Virus record (IMG/VR): IMGVR_UViG_3300034062_002951
DNA: 64,000 nucleotides
Reading direction: 5' to 3' (one strand)
Origin: an uncultured virus (IMG/VR IMGVR_UViG_3300034062_002951)
Taxonomy: Duplodnaviria > Heunggongvirae > Uroviricota > Caudoviricetes
The stretch's first letter is position 1. Each line of letters opens with the position of its first letter. The notes beneath the pieces were generated by a model. That model was given only the letters and a program-made list of their open reading frames with translations. It was not told the DNA's origin and did no database searches. The position numbers and the translations under genes are program-made. Shown here piece by piece: positions 36,256-46,043 of this stretch.

Positions 36256-36880
36256 TTTTGGTTTCCTTCAAAACAGCATTCGGGTCAAAGTCGGGATCAT
36301 GCTCCACGCTGGCCGCCACTTCGGTGGCCTTGACTTCCAGGATGGCAGTCGGGGGCGGGCCTCCGTACAGTTTCTTGATTTCCTCCAGTTTGCGCATGAC
36401 CTCCTCCTTGCTCATGGAATCGATCGTTCCGTGCCTTATCTCCTTGCGATCGATGTAGATGGTGCCCAGGGCCTGTCCACGGCGATATTCGGCCTGTACG
36501 GCGGCTCCATAGGCCCCTGCGGTTAAAGCAGCATCCCTGATGGTCTGCATGTCCTTCATGTGCCTCTCGTAGGTCGTCCCGTACTTCAGGGCCAGTTCCG
36601 CCCGGTATTCCTGGATCGCGGCCACCACATTGGGGTGGTATTCAGGATTTGTCAGGGTATACCCTTTGACTGCGGCAGACTTTTCAGCATATCCGGCCCG
36701 TTTGGCCGCTTCGGTAGGGCTGATTGACCCCGCGCCCGATACCAACTCCTGAACAAACTTCCATTCCAGGGGTGTCAAGGGCTTTTTATGCTGATTCAAG
36801 GGCTTCACCGGCTTGGCCAAGCGCTGATTCAGCTTCTTTTGGGCCACCGGGGCCTTGTTGTAAACGTCCTTCAATGCCAT
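36179..36880 (-). CDS. terS: Terminase small subunit
   Basis: LTPLEWKFVQE..TEAAKRAGYAEKSA..VVAAI..AAVQAE helix pattern. Confidence 0.8.
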   Translation of the reverse strand: MALKDVYNKAPVAQKKLNQRLAKPVKPLNQHKKPLTPLEWKFVQELVSGAGSISPTEAAKRAGYAEKSAAVKGYTLTNPEYHPNVVAAIQEYRAELALKYGTTYERHMKDMQTIRDAALTAGAYGAAVQAEYRRGQALGTIYIDRKEIRHGTIDSMSKEEVMRKLEEIKKLYGGPPPTAILEVKATEVAASVEHDPDFDPNAVLKETKNASQARERAIQADKRKPTELPDNEA

Positions 36881-36959
36881 CTCTATCTCCTTTTTAAACC
36901 TTCTAACCTAACCAGTCCTCTTTTCTGTGTACTTGTAGCGTTCCAGTAAGGACTTTTTA

Positions 36960-37185
36960 CCCAAGAGTAAGTTTTTTTTTTTTCAAAAAAAAAGTTGCGC
37001 GCGCATTTTATATAAATTACTCCTATAAACAATCTGTAATGTACTGTACTAACATAACTCGTTGATTACATTACGTTATTACACCATTACACCTATTACG
37101 TCTAAAATAAAAAAAATAATTTATTTTTTTCTTTTGGTCAAAAAGTCTATATAGGTGCGAAAAACTCATTTATTAATCCTTTATC
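36960..37185. other. AT-rich intergenic region with ATTAC repeats (candidate replication origin)
   Basis: T12-C-A9 tract, at least five ATTAC copies in 37065..37099, and A/T tracts. Confidence 0.45.
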
Positions 37186-37205
37186 CGTGGTCCGTGGTCC
37201 GTGAT

Positions 37206-40200
37206 TCATTGCAATTTACTCATCACACTTGCCCCACCCCGCTCGTCCCGCATCCCGTGAAGCATCACTATCACGTCTTCCACCCTGACCAGTTCTCCAA
37301 AACCGAAACTTTCCACTTCAGTCCCTGTACCCTCGGGCCAACCCAAGATTGGCCCGAGGAGCACGACGTCCTGTCCGTTAATACGAACGACGTACATCTG
37401 CATCAACTCTCTGGTGATCATGTCCAGTTCGCTGTCCACCTCTTGTTTTGGCTCATGTGCCATGGGCCGTGTTCCGTGGTTCATTCTTTGCTTCATGTAG
37501 TTCGTTAACCAAGGTTTCTATTTGGATGTTCAAGATTTCGATGCGTCGTCTGAGTTCATTGATGTACTCTTTGACCAGCATATCGTCGATCGGGGCGGGC
37601 GGCTCATCTGTTGTAAAAATCGCGGGTTTCATGGTTAAAAGTCCATTTCTGTGTCGTGTATGTCTTTAAGCGCGGCCGCCTCGATCTCGTCCACCAGGGA
37701 GAGCTTCAGGACTTCGCAGAGGTCTAGGCCTGGCGCGTTCTTTGGCACGGCGCTGACCAGGGTCATGGAGTCCTTGAGGCCCACGTCGGGTTCTTCCTGG
37801 TCGTACTCCAGTTCGCACTCCAGGTCGATGCAAAGGTCGTCGCAGTAAAAAACGAAATAGTATTGTTCCATTGTTTATGCCCTCCAAACAAAAATGTCCA
37901 TTGCCACGGCGAATATTGCCATAGCGTAGACCCACACTAGGGTGAGGGTCAGGGGTTCAAAATAATTCTTGATCGTCTTCATTACTTTCTTCCTTTCTTG
38001 GGTTTGCAGCTTCAATGCGTTTGACATTATCGACATAGGCCTGGAGCTCGTCAAGAGTGTACCACCCTTCTTCGAGATAGACAGTTTTGTCTCCGATTGG
38101 TCTCCTTGTTACTTGTTCATCCATTGCGTTGTCTCTCCCATCGCTTGCACATTTCTCTGACTGTCTTACTTTGTTTCTGACCCTTGGTCCGTTGGCAGAC
38201 GGCACTGACTGATTTCTCTTTTGCTTGCACCTGTAACTGCCACGGCGTAGGCGCGGGCCGTGGCTCGGGGAACATGCCATTCCATCCAACGAAAGACAAC
38301 ACTGCACCTACTATGAGTCGGTCAATCATGTATTCTTCTCCTTTAGTTTGGCTTCGATGGCATCTGCAAACCTCACCCAAAACGGCTTGCTGTTAACAAT
38401 CTGTTTGACTTGGTCATAAATAAAAGATTGCTCCTCATCCGTCAGCCCTACCCATGTGCGCTGTGGCGGCAAAGAAGATATGGCTAGCTTGGCAAAGGCT
38501 TCAAGTTGTTTTGAATCCATAACCACACCAATGGAAAGCATTCCATGAAAACCAGCCTGTTCAACCATTTGATTGATTTCATCTTGTGTCATTCCATCCT
38601 CCCGCTGTAGTCCATATGCTCCGTGAGCCGTGCTTCTAGCCTTTTGATCCGTTCTTCGTTGTACTGGATCGCGGCATTGGCGTATTCGGCGGCGGTCTCG
38701 GCCTCCAGCTTACGCAGGTGTGCGTCTTGTAGTTCGGCGTGAATCACCTCAAAGATGGTCTTGGCCCTGAGGATGTCCTTGACGTACTTGATTGTTGTTT
38801 CCCTGAAGTTCATGCTTGTCCCCGTGCTCTAATTTCCTTGGCGCAAGTTGTTCCAGTTGATCCAATGAGTTTGCCCTGCTCATCGCACAATTTTGCGCAT
38901 TTTTCCCGTTCAGCGATAACTGCTAAATGGTAGAAATAGACAATGAATGACCACATCCAAACCTCAAAGGGTTTCATTTGTTCACGAAAATCTCTTGTCT
39001 TAGCGTGTTTATATGCAACTCCTGCCAATGAGAGTATTTCTGCTTTGCTCATACTTGCTCCTCCTTAATCTCTTGCTCTAGCACGTGTTTCCAAACATAG
39101 TTGTAGTGCATGTCAACAACACAACTCATGGGGCTGCCAATGAGGCTGCAATCTATCTTTTCTTGTTTGTTGTGAAAGATGCACCCTTCACATGAATCGG
39201 GATATTCAATTGAGTTTGCTTTTACCAACTTGATGCGAACATGCTTTAGCTTGTCCCCGGTGTGGCTCAACAGGTCTTCAACGTTCATTTCTTCATCTCC
39301 CTGATGTATATCGCCAAGCCACTCACAGTGTCAGCACCAAAGCCCTTGAGCTTCTCGATGTGTTGGGCCACTTCTTCGATGGTGTCGTTCATGCCATCTT
39401 TGTAGCCTGAGTCATATAAATCACTTGCCAGTGCCGCCCTCATTGCCGCTTGCACCGACTCCTTGCGCTGCTTTGCTTGTCGTTCAATCTCGTTGAACGC
39501 TTCATCTTCAGGGTCTAGGAATCTTGATTCAGTCATGTGTGTACACCTTTACTATTTCGCCACCAAACTGCCTTTGCGTGTCAAGCGCCTCGGCTTCGGT
39601 GAAGTAAAACATCGGGCTGTGCTGGGCCTTGCGCCAGACGTAGCCGAATGGTGTCATAGAATTTTTCATTCTCTGTCTCCGTTCTGTACGAATTCAATCA
39701 TTGCTATCATCACTGCGCCGACGATCACTACTACTAGCCCGCCAATCAGCATCAGCCCGGCCATAATCAATACGTTTTCCAGCATATATATCCCCCAGTT
39801 CTCTTTCTAATGCATCCACACGACGTTGCAAGTGATCATTGACCATCACTTGCACACGCCACATTTGCAGGACAAACTTCGTATCCTCGTCCATCGTCAA
39901 TGGACCCAAAGATAAAAGCCGTGCAATATCCCAATAGGAAACATGATTGCGCCAGCAACAAGAAAACCCCACAAACCCTGAGCAAAGCAAGTAAAGATGT
40001 GTGTGAGCCATGCAATGAAGCAAGCCAATCCAATAGCAGCACCCCAGTTCATAAATCCCTTTCTGTTTTTGATTTAGGACAGTCGTGCCCCTGGGCCGTG
40101 GTCCGTGAGTCCCACACCTGTTTGCACTCTGTACAGCGGTAGACCACACTCTCTTTGATCCTGACCCACCGCTCCCCATGATTGCCCCGGGCTATTCCCA

Positions 40201-40225
40201 TGTAGGCACGAATGACCTGGATCAT
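37206..40225 (-). other. Cluster of about 14 small, tightly coupled hypothetical genes
   Basis: Includes 37206..37496, 37635..37871, 38117..38329, 38326..38592, 38589..38813, 38810..39052, 39049..39288, 39285..39536, a 51-aa membrane peptide near 39897..40052 and a small CxxC protein near 40049..40225; ATGA overlaps are frequent. Confidence 0.65.
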
Positions 40226-40227
40226 GA

Positions 40228-40728
40228 TTAACGGGCGTTACCTTCAAGCCTCTCGGCGATCAAGGTAGCGTAGCCGGCAATGTCCACCCAGTGGTCGGTG
40301 ACGTCGGGGTCTCCGTTGACAATGCGCCCGATCTTGTGGACGATCATCTCAAGGGCCTCCCACTGGTCATCGGCAAAGGTCTTGCCATGCTTGGCCGCGT
40401 GGGCCGACAACTCGCGTTTGATGGACTGCATCAACGCCGCACCATCCTTGAACTTGCCGTACATCTCTGCACGTGCGTCAAGTGTCTTGTCAACACTCAC
40501 GCTCTCAACCTCCTCAACAACCTTTTGCCAAGAGGACTTGACCTCGGGCATGGGCAGCATCTCAGGGGCGACAAAATTCCTCAAGTCTTCCAAGGCGCGG
40601 GCGCGCATCTTGTAGACGTTGGAGATGCTCATCTTGTGCTTGGCCGCTGTCGCAGAGGCACTTGCGCTGGGATTTTTCCTGAAAAACTCATAGACCTTTT
40701 GGGCCTTATCGGAAAGCTTGGTACTCAT
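40228..40728 (-). CDS. N-terminal HTH plus DUF6378-like domain protein
   Basis: TLDARAEMYGKF..KIGRIVNGDP..DHWVDIAGYATL. Confidence 0.65.
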   Translation of the reverse strand: MSTKLSDKAQKVYEFFRKNPSASASATAAKHKMSISNVYKMRARALEDLRNFVAPEMLPMPEVKSSWQKVVEEVESVSVDKTLDARAEMYGKFKDGAALMQSIKRELSAHAAKHGKTFADDQWEALEMIVHKIGRIVNGDPDVTDHWVDIAGYATLIAERLEGNAR

Positions 40729-40970
40729 GTGAAACTCCTTTGTGGTTGGTTGTTGCAGTTGCTCTTCTCTGTGGGATCGCCTTTGGGCTCCTTCTCTCGA
40801 AAGGCCTTCAAGCGCCCATTCAACTCTGAGGTGAGTTGTTCTTGTGAAACCACGACTTCCTCAGTCGTGAATTTGTGTCCGTTGCCGCACTCTCGTCTGC
40901 GCCGGTAGCGCATAACTGTCAGGCGTGTCTCGCTGATCGTGGTCCAGGCTCCGCATTCCGGGCAGTTCAT
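40725..40970 (-). CDS. NrdR-like zinc-ribbon protein
   Basis: MNCPECG..ETR..RRRRECGNGHKFTTEE. Confidence 0.65.
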   Translation of the reverse strand: MNCPECGAWTTISETRLTVMRYRRRRECGNGHKFTTEEVVVSQEQLTSELNGRLKAFREKEPKGDPTEKSNCNNQPQRSFT

Positions 40971-42059
40971 TCTTCGCTCCCTGTCTCGACTAAGGTGCCG
41001 GGGGGAACAGTTTCTTCTTGCGTTTCCTCTTGTTTCTCTTCACGCACTCTCAACATCGCGTCAGCAATCTTGTAAGAACTGCGTGCAATGGCCTCGGCGT
41101 TGTTGTCTGCGTTTTGTATGTCGCATATCTGACCCTTCGCATCCGGGTCGCAACCCATGAAGCGAACGTAGCCACTTGCGATACCAGAGGCAAAATAATC
41201 TCTCAGCAACATGCCCTTACTGTCTCTCACGAGAACACTAGGGAATGCGCGAAGCAATGGCTTAAATGGCATTTCATTCTCCTTTCATCTTTCTTAAGTA
41301 CTGAGCGGATGATACACCAGAATTATCCGTTGTGGGCATTGTATCGAATCTTTTTGCAGCCTCCTCGAGAGCGGCCTCCCAGGCGTGTTGCCAAACAACA
41401 GCAGACCACCCGTGATCGTCGGCAAAGGACCGTGGGCCGATGAACTCGTCGAATCGTACTTGAGAAATCTTCATGGCTTGTTCTCCTCTTTTTGTTTCAT
41501 TAATTCCTCATGCATTCTTTTGTACTTGAACATGGTGTCGATGGAATCAATCTGAGTGGGATTGAGTTGTGCACACGCCAGTCTGTACTCGTCATACAGA
41601 TGTTGATAGGCCAGGTCTCTTTCCGCCCAACGTATCTTCCATGTCTGCAAGTTCTCTATCAAATCCGCCGCTTCCTTGAGCAGGGCCGATAGGTCCTTGT
41701 CCCGTGTCATTTGAGACACGTGCATCAGTCTGTTGACAATCATTTAATTTTCCTCAAATGGCAATGGGTAAAAACCAACTTGCGATTTCATCCTCGAAGT
41801 TTATTATTTCTTCCGGGCTGAATGCACGTGTGATGTCAATGCGCCCACGTCCATTCTTGCTACGAATAGAGTCTGCTTCCAGGTAGATGGATTTGATGTC
41901 CACCTGCTCCGGGAGCCATGAGCCGTCAACCTCCATGGGAGGCAACCTATCAAAGATGATATTTACGGACAACTGGACGTTTGACTTGTACATGTTTGGC
42001 AACCTGTTTGGCTTTTTTGAGACGGGCTTTTGGCTTGGGTTTTGGTGGGGGTGTTTCAC
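40967..42059 (-). other. Three or four small hypothetical genes
   Basis: 40967..41272 (LRDYFA..YKIADAML), 41274..41474, 41471..41743 and the 3' part of 41754..42059. Confidence 0.6.
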
Positions 42060-42273
42060 CTCTTTCGATGATGGCTTCTCGTTCTTCGGCGGCTTTTAAT
42101 GCAATCTCGAACGCCGGGTCTACCAGGACTTGCATCTGGTCTCCCATTCCTCTGCCATAGAACTCGCTCATCTCTCTTAGCTTGGCGTAAGTCTCCATGC
42201 GAATAGCAACAGACATCCAAGGCTTGATGCGCTGTACGGGCGGAATGTTTCTTCCTGGTTTCTTTAAAGTCAT
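41950..42273 (-). CDS. Ribbon-helix-helix (Arc/CopG-like) DNA-binding protein
   Basis: WMSVAIRMETYAKLREMSEFYGRGMGDQMQVLV strand-helix-G-helix pattern; AGAAAGGAG RBS. Confidence 0.6.
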   Translation of the reverse strand: MTLKKPGRNIPPVQRIKPWMSVAIRMETYAKLREMSEFYGRGMGDQMQVLVDPAFEIALKAAEEREAIIERGETPPPKPKPKARLKKAKQVAKHVQVKRPVVRKYHL

Positions 42274-42301
42274 TGACTCTCCTTTCTGTGATCTGGCTTG
42301 C

Positions 42302-42330
42302 AGTGTATCGAAAATCTCTAAAGCTTGCAA
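42302..42330 (-). promoter_or_regulatory. Sigma70 promoter overlapped by the TTTTCGATAC motif
   Basis: TTGCAA-17-TACACT. Confidence 0.65.
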
Positions 42331-42331
42331 C

Positions 42332-42363
42332 AAAAAAATAGGCTAGGAGTTACCCTAGCCTAT
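42332..42363 (-). terminator. Rho-independent terminator after the DNA polymerase gene
   Basis: ATAGGCTAGG-GTAACT-CCTAGCCTAT followed by T run. Confidence 0.8.
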
Positions 42364-42413
42364 AAAGGAGACTGATCGAAGCAACTGCAAGAAGCTTCCC
42401 CTCAATCATACCT

Positions 42414-44279
42414 TTACTTGGCCTCACCCCAGCTTGGGCCCATCTCCACGTCCACCCGGGACGGGACTTCTAAGTCAACGGCGGTTGCCATGATATGGGC
42501 CGCTTCGCGTGCTTCTTCGGCCGTGTTGACACTCAGGGCGATCTCGTCGTGAACCTGGAGCATCAAATGAAAGCCTGCCTTGTGCAAAGCCACCATGGCC
42601 GCTTTGGTCTGGTCGGCGGCTGACCCCTGGATCAGCTTGTTCAGTCCTTTGTAGGTGGCCGCGCGCTTGATCCTTGGGCCGTATTCCACGATGGCCTGCT
42701 CGTAGGGGAGCGCCTTGTTCACGCCCCACTGCACCGGCTCGTACAACGGGAAGCGGCATTTGCGCCCCAAGAGGGTTCTGATGGACCCACCAGACGCTGG
42801 ATGCTCGATCCGCTTCATGACCGCGTTCACAGTTCCTTTAAGGAAAGGCACCTTGGTGTGAAAGGTGCCAATCAACTCACTGGCCTCTTCCACGGGCAGG
42901 TCCAACTCATGAGCCAGCTTTGCCTTGCCCATGCCGTACATCAGGCCCAGACCAATGGTTTTGGCTTGCTTTCGCTTGATTCCGGCCATGTCGGCGATCA
43001 TTTGGTGAAAGTCGGTATCGGGATTTTCCCTGTATGCCTCGGCCATCTTCTCTGCGCCGGGCAGGTCCAAGAGCGTGGCGTAGTGCACCAAGAGCCGTGG
43101 TTCTTGGGAGGAGAAGTCGTTGGCCGCCCAAATCTGCCCTTCTTCGGGCAAAAAGAGTGAGCGCACCATGGGCCCGATGATCTCGTGGCGGGCGGGTACT
43201 TGTTGGAGGTTGGGGCTGTTCATGGACAAGCGGCCGGTGATCGTGCCACCTTCGTCGTTGCGCATCTGATTCACATGTGGGTGAACTCTGCCTGTCTTGG
43301 CGCTGAAGTCAAGGTAAGGCTGCAAGAACGTGCTGTGGGTCTTGTTGGTCTCGCGCGCTTCGACGATCAGCTTGGCCACAGGATGGTCACAAGAATCCAG
43401 GAAGCCTTTTGTAAAGCTTGCCGCGCCGGCGGCGGTCTTGCCGTAGGAAATTCCCAGCTTGTCAAACGAATGGGCAATGCTGGCGGCCGCCCAGATATCC
43501 ACAGTTCCTCCACACAAAGACTTGAGCTCTGCAAAGATGGCCTTCTCCCTTTGGATAAGCTTGTGGATAGTCTGTTCACATCTTTCTCGGTCAAAGCGAA
43601 TGCCCTTCAAGGTGAGCTCCAACAGCACTGGAAAGGCGGCTGTCTCTAGGTCAAAGATTGACTCGACTTCGTCCTGGCGCATCTTGGTCTTGAAGTGTTG
43701 CCACAGTTTCAGGGTCAACGCCGCGTCTTGCTCGGCGTACTCTCCGACATACATGGCGGGGAGCTTCCATAATTCTTTCTTGGGATGAACGCCAAAGTCG
43801 GCAGCAGCCTGTTTGAGAGCGGCCTCGGACTTGACCTCTTTAAGGTAATCGAAGCCAAGCGCATTGAGGCTGTACGAGAAGCGGTTCTCGTCGAGAAGCG
43901 GGGCGGCAAGCATGGTGTCAAGTATTCGCCCGTTGATGGCGAATCCATTGGCCCTAAGCCAACCGCAGTCATAAGCCGCGTTGTGCATGATCTTGTCAGC
44001 GTCAGTAGCCAAGACATCTTTTACCCACCGCTCAACAAGACGTTTATCAAGATTGCCACCACCGCCGTGAGCAATAGGATAGTATCCGCTCCAACCGTCA
44101 ACAGCCACAGCGTAACCAGCAATGAAGCCGTCATTACGGGGCCATCCCGGCCCAAAAGATTCCATATGCGGGTCACAAGTTTCGAGGTCAATTGCAATCT
44201 CCTTGGCGGTGGACAGGTTGGGGAAAGTCTCCGGTGGCATCCACTCAGTAAGTGTTGGAAACATTGGCATTGTTTTCAC
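42414..44279 (-). CDS. polA: DNA polymerase family A (3'-5' exonuclease plus polymerase)
   Basis: IDLET and HNAAYD exonuclease motifs; DFSSQEPR (A), RKQAKTIGLGLMYG (B), QVHDE (C). Confidence 0.95.
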   Translation of the reverse strand: MKTMPMFPTLTEWMPPETFPNLSTAKEIAIDLETCDPHMESFGPGWPRNDGFIAGYAVAVDGWSGYYPIAHGGGGNLDKRLVERWVKDVLATDADKIMHNAAYDCGWLRANGFAINGRILDTMLAAPLLDENRFSYSLNALGFDYLKEVKSEAALKQAAADFGVHPKKELWKLPAMYVGEYAEQDAALTLKLWQHFKTKMRQDEVESIFDLETAAFPVLLELTLKGIRFDRERCEQTIHKLIQREKAIFAELKSLCGGTVDIWAAASIAHSFDKLGISYGKTAAGAASFTKGFLDSCDHPVAKLIVEARETNKTHSTFLQPYLDFSAKTGRVHPHVNQMRNDEGGTITGRLSMNSPNLQQVPARHEIIGPMVRSLFLPEEGQIWAANDFSSQEPRLLVHYATLLDLPGAEKMAEAYRENPDTDFHQMIADMAGIKRKQAKTIGLGLMYGMGKAKLAHELDLPVEEASELIGTFHTKVPFLKGTVNAVMKRIEHPASGGSIRTLLGRKCRFPLYEPVQWGVNKALPYEQAIVEYGPRIKRAATYKGLNKLIQGSAADQTKAAMVALHKAGFHLMLQVHDEIALSVNTAEEAREAAHIMATAVDLEVPSRVDVEMGPSWGEAK

Positions 44280-45799
44280 AGGCGAAACCCCTTTAATTCA
44301 TTCTTTGGAAGCACGTAGTGCAATGCCTGCTTGGCGCGCGTGATGCCCACATACAGCAATCGATTCACGTCGTCTGAGTTGCGCTCATACTCCTTGGCAA
44401 AGCGCGTGGACAAGTCCCCCAGCAAGAGTACGTTGTCCGCCTCGCCGCCTTTGGCTCCGTGGATCGTGGACAGCTTGATGGGGATGTTGCCCGTGAGCTT
44501 TGTGCCGCGTCGCAAGAGGGCGATGATGTAGTCACGTTTGTCTTCACCGATCTTCAGAAGTGCCTCGTGCCAAATGATGTCTGGAGCCAAGAGCCCTTGT
44601 TCTTGTTTCAATCGTTCCATGCTGTACGCACCGTTGGGGTCCGCGAGCCGTAGTCCTTTGTACCCGTGCTTGATAAAGTCGGAGCCCAAATACTTGTAGA
44701 CGTTCTTCACAACAGGGAACGGCAATTCTTTGCCGCGTCTTAAGTTCTCCCAGCCCAGGACGGCGGACAGGATGCCCTCTGAGATGCTCCGTTGTCCGTG
44801 GCGCTCGAACAGCAGCCCTTGGCTTTTGATCCAGGTATGCATCTCCGAGAGCATGTAGTTGGTGCTGGCAAGAATTAGCCAGTTGCCGTGGCTGATGTCC
44901 ACATGGGAGAAGTCGTTGTAGTAGTGGATGTGCCCTTCTTCGGCGCGAGCTTTCCAAACCTTTGGCTGGCGCTTTTTGATGCGGTGCACAATTACATTGG
45001 CCATTGCGTGGATTTTGGCAGGCACGCGGTAGGATTGATCGAGGATGGTGATTGCGCCGTTAAAGTTTAGAAAACTATCGACGTCGGCCCCTGCCCAGTT
45101 ATAGACGGCCTGGTCATCATCCCCGGCTAAAAAAGAACGCTTTGACCTCTTGGCCAACTCTGTCACCAAGTCCCACTGCAAGCGGGAGAGGTCTTGTGCC
45201 TCGTCGATGATCAGCGCGTCCAGTCTAGGGAGCCGCTCAGGTTGGTGCACGATCTGCTCAAGCAGGTCAGTGAAGTCCAAGAGTGCATGGCTTTGCTTGT
45301 AGTGCCTGTAGGCGCGTTCCACGAACTCAAAGTGGAACCACTCAATGTCCATGCTGCTTTGGTTGTAGTGCGTGCGTAGGTCCAGGCCCTTGATCCGTGC
45401 GATGTTGATCTCGTTCAGGATTGGGTTGTCCACCTTCACCATGAAGTCCTCGTCGCCGTTCTCAATCGAGAGCTCAATGCCTGCCTCTTTGGCAAAAGCC
45501 TTGTAGTCGTCTGGCGACATCATGTCTTTGGTGCCGATACCAAGACAACGGTAGGCCAGGCTGTGCAACGTGCGAAACCAGGGGAAGTCAAGGTCTGGAT
45601 TGAGCGATGGAAACTTGGTGATGGCGCGGTCCCGTGCTTCGTTGGCCGCTTTCCTTGTGAAAGAAAAGTAGCCAATGTTCAAAGAGGGAACGCCGTCTCC
45701 CAGTTCCTGCTCGACGATGTTCAGTAAAAACGTTGTCTTGCCAGAGCCCGGGGGGCCGAAGATTTTTCTAATCTCCATAACGTTCCTCGATGTCTTCAA
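44276..45799 (-). CDS. UvrD/Rep-like SF1 helicase
   Basis: GPPGSGKT, IIDEAQD, GDDDQA, STIHGAKGGE, YVGITRAK. Confidence 0.9.
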   Translation of the reverse strand: MKTSRNVMEIRKIFGPPGSGKTTFLLNIVEQELGDGVPSLNIGYFSFTRKAANEARDRAITKFPSLNPDLDFPWFRTLHSLAYRCLGIGTKDMMSPDDYKAFAKEAGIELSIENGDEDFMVKVDNPILNEINIARIKGLDLRTHYNQSSMDIEWFHFEFVERAYRHYKQSHALLDFTDLLEQIVHQPERLPRLDALIIDEAQDLSRLQWDLVTELAKRSKRSFLAGDDDQAVYNWAGADVDSFLNFNGAITILDQSYRVPAKIHAMANVIVHRIKKRQPKVWKARAEEGHIHYYNDFSHVDISHGNWLILASTNYMLSEMHTWIKSQGLLFERHGQRSISEGILSAVLGWENLRRGKELPFPVVKNVYKYLGSDFIKHGYKGLRLADPNGAYSMERLKQEQGLLAPDIIWHEALLKIGEDKRDYIIALLRRGTKLTGNIPIKLSTIHGAKGGEADNVLLLGDLSTRFAKEYERNSDDVNRLLYVGITRAKQALHYVLPKNELKGFRL

Positions 45800-46043
45800 G
45801 CGTGCATTGCCACAAGATGATCGGAGTGTGTGGGCCTACGTAAGCGCCTTCGATGTTGAACTCGATGTACTCCAGGGCCTCATGTATGTCCATGCCGTCT
45901 TCCTCTGCCGTGAGCTTGTCCACCATCTTGTCGCCGCTGTATATCAGCCGCTCGACTCTTTGGTTGCCGTGCCACGTGCAGCAAGTGCCGACAAAGCAAT
46001 CATCAAAGTTATCCATCTTCAAGGGGCGTTCATCATCATTCAA
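45768..46043 (-). CDS. Acidic hypothetical protein
   Basis: EALEYIEFNIEGAYVGPHTP. Confidence 0.7.
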   Translation of the reverse strand: MNDDERPLKMDNFDDCFVGTCCTWHGNQRVERLIYSGDKMVDKLTAEEDGMDIHEALEYIEFNIEGAYVGPHTPIILWQCTLEDIEERYGD

